Assembly (NCBI GenBank): GCA_032718475.1 | Contig: JAUCBJ010004412.1 | Span: forward strand, 20,813 to 84,812 | Reading direction: 5' to 3' | Length of the DNA stretch: 64,000 bases | Origin: Nemertoderma westbladi | Taxonomy: Eukaryota; Animalia; Xenacoelomorpha | Shown: in pieces, positions 1 through 10,300 of the stretch | Position numbering within the stretch: position 1 is the stretch's first letter | How the letters are laid out: the number at the start of each line of letters is the position of its first letter | Program-made: the position numbers and the translations under genes | Notes under the pieces: generated by a model | The model's input: the letters and a program-made list of their open reading frames with translations, nothing else | Databases searched by the model: none | What the model was told of the DNA's origin: nothing

Positions 1-376
1 ATGTTATATAGTGTCTGGTTGGAGATGTGTGCATTGTACTTGACACAATGAACCCGGCGTAGCATTCTTATGAATGTGCCATCCAGAGATTTGGTGTCCT
101 CAGCAGTTAGAGCCCAGCATGGACTCCCATAGAGGAGTACTGGAACTACTGCTGCTCTAAATAATCGGACCTTAAGTTTCCGATTAATTCTTGGTGACTT
201 CCAAATCCTGGAAAGCCTATTCAAGGCTGCCCATGCCTTTCCCTTACGTATTCGAAGGTCCTCACCTGACTTCCGGATCCATGATCCCAGGTAACAAAAG
301 TCATCCACATGCTCAAGCATACCATATTTTGAGCTTATTCTCATCCGATCAGAGACTTGCTGAGGACTTTCAAAAA
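1..376 (-). mobile_element. Decayed LINE (RTE-like) reverse-transcriptase C-terminal fragment
   Basis: Nearly identical to 23024-23366, whose minus strand encodes LINE RT C-terminal motifs (VDDFCYLGS, AWTAF). Runs off the window start. Confidence 0.75.
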
Positions 377-439
377 CTACTCTAAAACTACTAAACATAA
401 CCGCTGTCTGCTATAGTAGTTTCACCTGCTATTTTGTAG

Positions 440-972
440 GATCACTAACCATTAACGCAACAACTGAGAAGCTAGAAAAGGAGGTAAATGACAAATATAC
501 TACACTATACAATAATAATGAGGAATGGTTAGAATCCAATCGCGTCACCAGCCACATTGAGCACGATTGCGAAGAATGTGCCTATTACTTCTATCGAAAC
601 ATCGCTGTTGATGGTGAGACAGGGGATGAGGTCATGTTCGAGGCTCTCCTGGAACTCTGCATAAGGAATGAGAGCGAAAGAGCCTTTGAGAGGATCTGCC
701 TAGCTCTGGATGAAGACAGATGTCCAGCATTTATGCAAAAGTATGAAAAAGGGTTTAAAAATAACCAGAAGAGTTACAAGGACGTGGAAACAGACCAGGA
801 TGATTTCATGAGAGTTGTGTTTATTATTAGAGACCATGTGCTACACGGATTCGAAGAGAAGCATAAATCGTGCCAGATTAACTGTTGTCCCGGTGAGTGT
901 CCTACTCCAGTCTGGGAGCGGGAGGCGAACCTAGCTACAACTACCAGGGTGGAGGAAGAAATAATTAATTAA
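440..972 (+). CDS. Putative terminal coding exon (~177 aa), acidic and Cys-containing, function unknown
   Basis: Acceptor TATTTTGTAG|G at 439/440 opens a frame continuous with the 112-aa ORF at 634-972. The TAA stop overlaps AATAAA (971-976). No family recognised. Confidence 0.4.
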
Positions 973-1009
973 TAAAATCTCGAAACTTAAAAATAAAACG
1001 ACATATTCG

Positions 1010-2205
1010 TGTAAAAGCTTTTGCGGAATTAGCCGGTTATTTTATTTTCCCCGTAAAGTACTCTGTAGTTGGTTTAACAGGCATAAAAGGCCGTATCCTT
1101 ACTGTACTGGTGTTTTAGGGGACACAAAAAGCTATTTCTTCTGTATGTGTACTTTAGCGGACATAATTAGCAATTCTATGACGCAATGCGCTAGATCCTC
1201 TTGAAACAGTGTAGTTACTATGACGACAGCTAACAGCTGAGCTGTACACGTGTAGATTTTCCTTTGTTCTCTGGTGTTTCTTTGTTCGGTCAACCAATCA
1301 GAGCGATTCTCTTGCTTTTTGTACAGAAACCTCCGAGAAATCACGCAATGCATTATGGGTCAATGTTTACATTTTGTCCTGAGCCTAGAAGACCGGCTTC
1401 GGAATCTCTGTGTTTTTCAGTCTTTAGCCCAACATCAGTAGGCTTAATTATAGAACGTATATCTGTTATCTTAACAATTTCATATCAAATCAAACCTCAC
1501 TCACCTAATCATATTGTCAACTACAAACACCTCATTTTACTGCTATTTACTGTCAGTTATTCATTATATCTGTTGATGGAATGTTATTATATTGGAGAAT
1601 ATCAATCAATAATCAGACACCCCAATCTTCTTGATATACTGAAGGTTAGAGAGACCGGTTACATATAACGATTGCGACTTACATTAAAGTGGTTTTGAAT
1701 TGAATCTAATGCTATTTCATAGGCACTACATGTATTGGCTGTTGTTCTCTTTATATGTGACTAAAATTAGTGAAGGTCGGCAGATCAGTGTGCAGCATTG
1801 TGCAGTATTGTGTATGATTGTGACTGATAACAAAGCATCTCCTAAAGAATGCGCCATATACGTGAATCTATAGCCATCCCGTTGTGTCTAGTTTAAGTCA
1901 TAACTCTGTTTACATATTTAGAGCGCCACGTCCTAAAGGAACTGTTAATATTTCCCGAAAGTGAATAATATTTGTCAGAGATTATATATTACGATCAGTC
2001 GAATAATACAGTAGGCCTACACCGCAATACGGTTAGGCTTCCGAATCCAGTCTCCCGGGTATATCCAGCGGGTGAATGATCGCGCATAGACTGGCTTCGG
2101 CTAATGTAGTGTATCAAATACTTGTCATAGGCTAAAGACGATCTATTATCTAGAAGACATCCCAATTTGGCAGGTTAAACTGCTAAAGGTCTGAAAGCGC
2201 GAACA
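1010..2205 (+). repeat. 5' LTR of element A (1196 bp)
   Basis: TGTAAAAGC...GCGCGAACA, a direct repeat of 15512-16702 (13 substitutions and one 5-bp indel by manual comparison). Confidence 0.95.
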
Positions 2206-2217
2206 ATAACAGATATA
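2206..2217 (+). promoter_or_regulatory. Non-tRNA primer-binding site candidate of element A
   Basis: ATAACAGATATA directly abuts the LTR and is the exact reverse complement of TATATCTGTTAT at 1458-1469. No TGG-type tRNA PBS is present. Confidence 0.65.
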
Positions 2218-2470
2218 GCTTCTGTATTGCAGTAGGCATTGAAGCTGAAGTACCGGCAACCGGTACCTAGTAGGCCTGACAACCTAACAACCCGGACCGG
2301 TACCTACAGCAGTATTATTCGAATTTGATAATTATATACCGGTAGGCCTTAATAATTAATCAGGGACGGCCGCCCTGGTTTTTTATTGAGATTTTACTTG
2401 TTTCTGTCAGGTTTTATTTATTTGTAGGTTTATATTGAGCAGAAGACGTGTAAGCCTGCTCAGATTGTAC

Positions 2471-3050
2471 AGATAATTTGTAGGCTGGACTGTTGTCTGA
2501 CTGTCGTTAAGTCTGAAGGGACTGTAGTGTGTGTAGAGTGTATGTCCGATAAATTACTAGTTAGGAAAGTAGGGGCTTCCAGTGCTGTGAGGTAAACCCC
2601 CTCGAAAGAATAAGTCGTACTACTCGGTTAGAACGCATACTAACTAACCATTTCGGAGTCTGCATATACTGTAGTTTATTTAGGCTTGATAGTAGTCTGC
2701 CAGCGTTTGGTCTGTACTCTGTTTGTGTAGTCTGTACGGGTAGCGTAATATTTCTTATTTAGATAATTTGTAGGCTGGATTGTTGTCTGGCTGTTGTTGG
2801 GTCTGAAGGATTGCGGTGTGTGTAGAGTGTATGTCCGATAAAGTGCCAGTTGGGAACGTAGGGGCTTCCAGTGCTGTGAGGTAAACCCCCTCGAAAGAAT
2901 AAGTCGTACTACTCGGTTAGAACGCATACTAACTAACCATTTCGGAATCTGCATATACCATAGTTTGTTTAGGCTTGATAGTAGTCTGTCAGTATTTGGT
3001 CTGCATTTTGTTTGAGTAGTCTGTACACGTAGCGTAATATTTATTATTCA
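2471..3050 (+). repeat. ~290-bp tandem duplication in the element A leader
   Basis: Units start AGATAATTTGTAGGCTGGA at 2471 and 2761. An equivalent dimer lies at ~28252-28830 in element B. Confidence 0.85.
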
Positions 3051-4337
3051 GAGTTTATGCGATTATTCGCAACATTCATATCCCCAAGTTTATTCCTACA
3101 GTAATTGTGCTTGTTATATATACAGTTATAGTTAAACTAACCCCGGTACTACATCAGGGCTGCTTGGCATAGGTAAAGAATGGTGATTTTGTGCCCCGGT
3201 CACTCCAGCAGATACCGTGGTTCTTTTAGCTGTTCAAGTATTTTTAACTACTGATTATTTGTTGTATAAGTGTGTATAAGTGTGTAGGCAGTATATTTGT
3301 GTTGTAAAGTGGTTAATAGGCACGTTGGTTCTGGTAGACCGCGGTAATTAACTTCTAGGTAGGAACACTCCGTGATACATAACGTAGTACTTATAGCGAT
3401 ACGGCTATAAGTCGTCAGACGGTGGTATTTTTCCTATCTGGACAACGCAGTATATTTACTACTGCTTAGTTATTTTCAAATACCGTAGTACTCTGTTCGT
3501 TGTAATAACCGTATATTCTAACCCTTTGTTAGGCTGGTTTGTAGACTTCTTGTAAAATTACCCTAAAAATTCGTACGTGTAATTTTTGTGTTTATTTAGA
3601 GATTGTAATCTCACACCGAATTGTATGTAATTAGTAGTATTAAGTAACTTAGGTAAATTAGAATTATTTGTTTTAGTGTCCAACAAGTAGCACTTCACTG
3701 AGAGCGCACAGCTTCTGTGTAGTGACTCCCCCAGAAATAATAACATTTATTTCAAATATTGACAAAACCCATTATAGGGGTATATATATTATAAATCAAC
3801 TCAAACCGATTTATAAAATAGTAGGCCTGTCATACAACAATTAGGTCTAAAATATCAGTTGGACTACTGCTTAAATAACGGTAATCAAGTAAAGCAAAGT
3901 AACCAAGTAACCCCTGAAATTCAGAAATTCAATTATTCTAAAATAATTGACATACCGGTATCTACAATAGGCTTATTATATTTATTTCCATAAATTTAGG
4001 CCGAAATTATACCGGTATTCTGTAATTAATTCTAGTCCATATTTATACTTATATATACTATAAGTGTAGGATGTATACCGGTATTACGATAGGCCTATTA
4101 TATATTTATATATATTTGTGCTGAAATTACATACCGGTATTCTGTGACAAACCTAGTCTGTAATAATACTTATATATATACTATAAGCATACAGGTATTC
4201 TAATATATTATATATATATATCACGCTACACTGAGTAGCAGTATCGGTAATTAATTACTAGGCTAACAGTTGATACTGAATTACTAGACTTGCTTTAACT
4301 GTAATACAGCAGTAGGCATTAAACTGTACAAACAAAC

Positions 4338-7300
4338 ATGTCTGACACAAAGCAAAACCTGTCAGACAGCCTCCTAGATACAACCATCTGTGACCCAGAC
4401 AGGAGTGTGGAACGTGTGAGACCGAAGTTCAATTCACCTCCTACTGTAAGAAAGATCATCCCTCCAGTAGTAGTATCAGACCCTAGGCTAGTCCAACACC
4501 GTAGGTCTATCATAGGCACTCGAGCTCAGGTCAAGCGGGACCAAGAAGCAGCGGAACAGCAGCAACACTCGAGCCGAGAACTTATTTCTCAGCGGCCCAA
4601 CAGCTCCAGTAGTGAGGATACTGTAGAGCTGACACCCGAGCACGGAGCAAAAATGACAGATGCGGTTTATTCGGATCCCCTTCTCATCCTTCCTGCAGCC
4701 GTACTCACTAGGGTATTGATTGCGGTGGAGGAACACCAGATTGATTGGACGAGAAGTAAGCGATCGCCTAAGGATAGTTATGCGGGATACACAAGGGAAG
4801 AACTGAAGTCTATTGTCGAGTCGCAATGGAACTTCCCCGGACCCGGACTCCCGTTTGACTTATCGGAAGCTGCCTGGGAAGACATACACAGGATGGGAGT
4901 AACAAAGGAAACCATCGATCCAGCTGTGTGGAAGAGGTCCGCAGCAGGATACGTACAGGGATTCTTCAGCTCTTTGGAGAGATTAGAGGAACAACTGTTT
5001 CGACAACCACAAGGACCTCAAGAGCAGGGAGAGCTGCTTTATCAAGTTCGAGAAAGAATTCTAAGAATCAGACTAATCTTATCGGCCTTTGAGGAGGCTT
5101 CGAAAAGAAGACAAGACACATCGTTGCAAGTTGCCGTAAAGACTTGGTTTCAGCGAGTGAGTCTCAAAGTTCAAGGAACTGCCCAGTGGAAATCTCATCT
5201 GGCTGAGCGCTCAACTCATGGAGAATCAACAGATGCTACCTTTTCCCAAGTGGAAAGCGAAGCGACAGCAGAGAAACCGCATAAGAGGGATGCTATTGAC
5301 ACATATCTGTCAGACTATCAACGCTTTTTAGGTGATGAAGAGTTGAGGAGAAGGCTGGAGGGACTTAGCCCTAATAGTGAAGGAGCCAAGCTTGTGTTGG
5401 ACGCAATCGATGCGGATATGATAGCTGCGAACCAAGCTAAATTTGATGAACAACTCCGCATCGCTAGAGTCCAAGAAGAACAAATAAAGAAAAAACGTAT
5501 AGAAGACAGAAAGACAGCGGCAGTGGCAGCAGCAGTGGCAGCGGCAGAAGCGGAAAGAAAAGCAGCAGCAGCAGTGGCAGCGGCAGAAGTGGAAAGAAAA
5601 GCGGCAGTGGCAGTGGCAGCGGCTGAAGCGGAAAGAAAAGCGGCAGCAGCAGTGGCAGAGGCCGAAGCGGAAAGAAAGGCGGCAGTGGCAGCAGCAGAGG
5701 CAGTGGCAGAAGCAGAACGGAGAGCATCTGAAGAAACCACCCAACTGGAATTGGAAAACATTCAAGAGAATCAAGACTGCATAAATAAACAATTAACAGC
5801 TAGTCAAATGCAGATGATGAGGCGATCTACTCCCAAGAGGCAGGGATATACATCATCTGAGGAAGGCGATACCACCGATCCTGAAGGCGGAGGAAATAGA
5901 TCTCGTCTAAGCAGACGTAGAAGAATATCCCACCGTCAGAAATTGCCTGATTTGCCCCCAGCTGTTAGAAGGCAACTAACTAACACAAACTTAGGTAGTA
6001 CAGAACCCACAGACCAAATAATTAAAATAGAAAGACTCCCTACTATAGTAGATGAGCCTGAAATAATTAGGCCTGTTCTCGAAGCCACCCCTTCGGTGAT
6101 AGAGACACCTGTACTCCCTGAACCTACCTCTAAATTCCCTTTGCATAGCACTAAGCTACCTGTGCCCAGCAGAACAGCCCAGGAGACAGTTCATGTCCTG
6201 GACTCCGAGCGAAATATTAATGATTTGTCGCCCGTTGTCCCTCGTCCGCCCAATACAACGTTGGTGGCTCCCGCTTCGGCGGTCGAGTGGGTAGATGAGA
6301 GACGGCGGGGGATGGATCTCCTGCTCGGGCAGATGCAGGAGACTGTTAAGCAGTTCAAGGGCACAGTAAGGGAAAGTAGGTTAGAGTTGCAAGAAGTGCA
6401 GCAAAGTATCGCGTTAGAACACGATAAATTAGTAAATACACAAAAGGGTATACCACCACCCCCTGTAACAATGTGTCAACCTGTTAGGTCTGAAGTATTT
6501 CATGCGCAAGGTGTGGAGCCTACACGCATCTATACTGCTAGCGAAGTGGAAACTCCTATAGTAAACCCTATTAAGGGTAATTATAAACCTGTTGACAATG
6601 ATATTCCATATAGACTTGATAATAATCCGAGAAATTTATATACCGATAACTCGATATTAAATAACACGATGGCCCAAGAAAGTTTTACGCGTCAAATGGC
6701 TAGAACCGAAGCCCGTCAAGCGGTAAAGGTGGGAGAGATCGTCAAGTTCAATGGAGATGAGATGAAATGGTTACCTTTTAATGAATATTACAAAGATAAC
6801 ATACAGAACTCTGTGCTATCAAACGGAGAGAAACTTAGATTCCTCATCGAGTGCTTGGAAGGATCTCCCAAGTTAATGGCGTTAAAGTTTATTGGACATC
6901 CAGATGGATTAAGACAAGTTTGGGATACCATAAACATCAGGTATGGTAATAGGAATAACATCGCTAGGTATTTGTATGCAAAATTGGTAGCGCCCCGAAA
7001 ATTTATTAGCAGCGGGATTTAGAGTTTTCCGATGAGATTCAGGAGATCTGTAGACAATTAGATTGGCTAGGTATGTCTCATGAATATCAGAGTTCTATGG
7101 TTATTGGAGCCGTGGCTTCTACTTTACCGAAGGGTGGAGTAGGTACACGCTGGGATAAGAAAGTGTTATATATGATGGAACAACAACGACGAGACCCTAC
7201 CATGGCTGATCTCATGTCATTCTTAGATGGAGAAGTGAAATTACAGCTCCTAAGACAGTCCAGAGAGAAGACACCGGAAAACAAGGTAAGTGAGAAACCC

Positions 7301-10300
7301 GTTTCTAGGAGAAAGGTAACACCAGTGTGTTATACCGACGACGGCGAAAGCCAGGCTTCTCAAGGAGAAGACAGCGGGAAAGACACTGAAAGATCTTATT
7401 ATGTCAACAAAACGCCCAAAGACGTAAGTAAATTCAGGTCTCGAACCAATGACAGGAGAGAACAGGTAAGAAAAACCCCTCCTATGTCTCCTAAGAGAAT
7501 TCAGGTAAGAAAGCCCGAAGAAAGAACGAGTGTGCACAACGTTACTCAAAATAAGGTAAGTAACATCAAACCGAAATGTGCGCTGTGTGACGGGCCCCAC
7601 CGTTTGAATGTGTGTGATGAATTCCTAAAGAAACCATTAACGGAGAGACGGGAAGTCATGTGGGATAAGCGGTTGTGTTATAATTGCCTCAGACAAGGAC
7701 ACCAACGGCGAACCTGTTACTCCGACACAAGGTGTGCAAAGTGCGGTGCTAAACATCATATCTTGTTGCACACTGAATTCGAACGAAACAGCAAGTAACA
7801 GTAAGTAATTCCGAACTACATGTCGAATTCAGTGATGTGAACGACACTGACCAAAGTTCTGAGATGGAAGGATTCTATACGGATGAATTCTCCGACGAAG
7901 ATGAATCCTGTTACATGATAAATACCGCAGTGTATCGAGCACTTACGTATGAAAAAGACACAGACAGCGACCTCACCCTAACTACTTCTGATCGACAACC
8001 ATCTTGGAAAGCGCCAACTTCCAATGTAGGAATCCGAGAATTTCCAGTAGTGCAGTTAAGGGTCCACGGACCTAAAAGGAGTTATATAGTGAACGCCCTT
8101 CTTGACTCCGGTAGCACAGGAACATTCATCGACAAAGAACTAGCCGAAGACATCTTTGCTGGACAACCCAAGTGCCGAACTAAGCTAAATATGTCAGGAA
8201 TTATGCAGGTTTGGAAATCTACAGTAGTAGCGGATTATTATGTAGGTACGTTGTCCACCCCCCAGGATGAACTAGGAGAACATAGTATAAGGTCAGTAAA
8301 AATGGTGGCGATAAAGAACTTCGCTACCAGCCAAGTGGAACCTTATAACTGGGATGAGGACGATTTCACCCAGCAGCTTGAAATACCTAGATTCAACACC
8401 GATTACCCTGGAGAGCAAATACTCATCGTTCAAAACGCGCATGAAGCGCTCGAGACATTGGAGAAACGGCCTGCTCAACCGCAACCACTACAAGCTTATG
8501 CGGGAAGAACTAGAGTGGGTTGGTAGTTTACTGGCCCTTCCCGTAGAACTCTCATGGAAAGATTACCGAAAGATCAGGTATATCAAGTAAGAGAATGGGA
8601 AGTGGAGAGTAGTGAGTTAGACGATCCAACTGAGGGAACACCATACTCTTCAGATAACGACGATATCCACCAACTCTTCGACGAGGAGAATACCATTGAT
8701 CTCCTTAAGGAAAACGAGACTTGGCAAAACCAAGTGAACTTATGTCAGCTCCTTCGTCCATCAGAACGAGACGACTATAACGACGAACTGAATGACGTCA
8801 TTGAACGTTATAATGCCAAGACTCGGGATGAACACGCCGTACGATTCTTTACTCAAGAGGCTGTAGAGCCCAATTCCTACGATAAGGCCCTATCGGTAGA
8901 AGAAGAAAGAGCCAAGCAGATCCAAGAGACAACTACACGTTTTCTTAAAGATCAAGGTAGATATGAAATCGGTCTACCTTTCCGAAAGCGAGAACCAAAG
9001 TTCATAAACAACAAACCCTTGGCGGAGAAAAGAATTGCTCAACTACATCGACGCCTTACGGCAAATTCTTCAGCTAAAGAAATGTATCAAACGCAGTTGA
9101 AGAAATTTATTAGCAAGGGATATGCGGAGCGAGTACCAGAAGAAACACCTATAACTGAGAGAACATATTATTTAACTCACCATTACGTTCCCAAACCTGG
9201 TAAACCCCATGAGGTACGAGTAGTGTTTGACGGCTCCGCCCTCTACATGGGCCAATCCCTTAATTCCGAATTGTTACCCGGACCCAACTTACTCCAATCC
9301 TTGTTGGGAATACTCTTAAGATTACGTCAATATTCAATCGCTTTCGCCTCAGATATAGAAGGCATGTTCTTACAAGTCAAGGCGCTGGATAGGGATCGAG
9401 ATAGCCTACGATTTCTGTGGTGGCCTGAAGGAGACCTCAACCAGAAACTGGTGGAGTACTGGATGACCATCCAGGCTTTTGGGATAATCTCAAGCCCTTC
9501 AAACGCCTGTTCAGTGGTGCGCACCACTGCGGATGACAACCGAGAAGCCTTCTCTAAAGAGGTGATTGACAACATCAAACGGGATATATACATGGACGAC
9601 AATCTAAAGTCCCTTCCATCAGTCGAAGAAGCCATTGATGTCGCTAAAGGAACGGTAGATTAAAGGAACGGTTAAAAAGAGGTGGATTTCGATTAACTAA
9701 ATTCACCAGCAACTCCCGTGAGTTTCTGGAGTCGATCCCTGTAGAAGATCGAGGAGCGAAAGACCTAGATCTAATCAAAGATGATCTTCCAGAAACCAAG
9801 ACACTTGGTTTGAAATGGGACACAGAGAGAGATATCCTGTTTTTCCAGCTAAAACAGCGAGATAATCCAGTTCGGACTAAACGGATTTGTTTAAGTATCC
9901 TGAGCACTTATTTCGACCCATTGGGATTTATTAGCCCAGTTATATTGATTGCTCGGAGTTTAGTACAACAAATGTGGCTTGAAAACCACTCATGGGACGA
10001 TCCACTTAAGGGAGAATTATTAAAGAAGTGGATGAAATGGGAAGATTCTCTACCAGCCATCGAGAACTTTATAATTTCCCGTTCATACTTTGGTCATGTT
10101 CTCCCTACGTATTCCTACCAACTCCATATGTTTGGAGACGCCAGCGATATGGGAATAGGTATAGTAGCCTACCTAAGAGTGGAAACTCCGGATGGAATCA
10201 AAGTCGCCTTGGTTACCTCTAAGGCATTGATAAACAACAAGTTGAAGAGTTAAAAGGAGTTAAAAGCGGAGTTAAAAGCGGCTCTATACGCTACAGCCAT

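Noticed and set aside
1132-1668. ORFs inside the LTRs (also 15629-16165, 26981-27352, 50331-50699)
   Set aside because: Non-ATG or short, and the frame is not conserved between the A and B LTRs.
5318-5792. Antisense Ala-, Cys- and Leu/Pro-rich ORFs (also 30267-30737)
   Set aside because: Shadows of the GCA-rich gag repeat.
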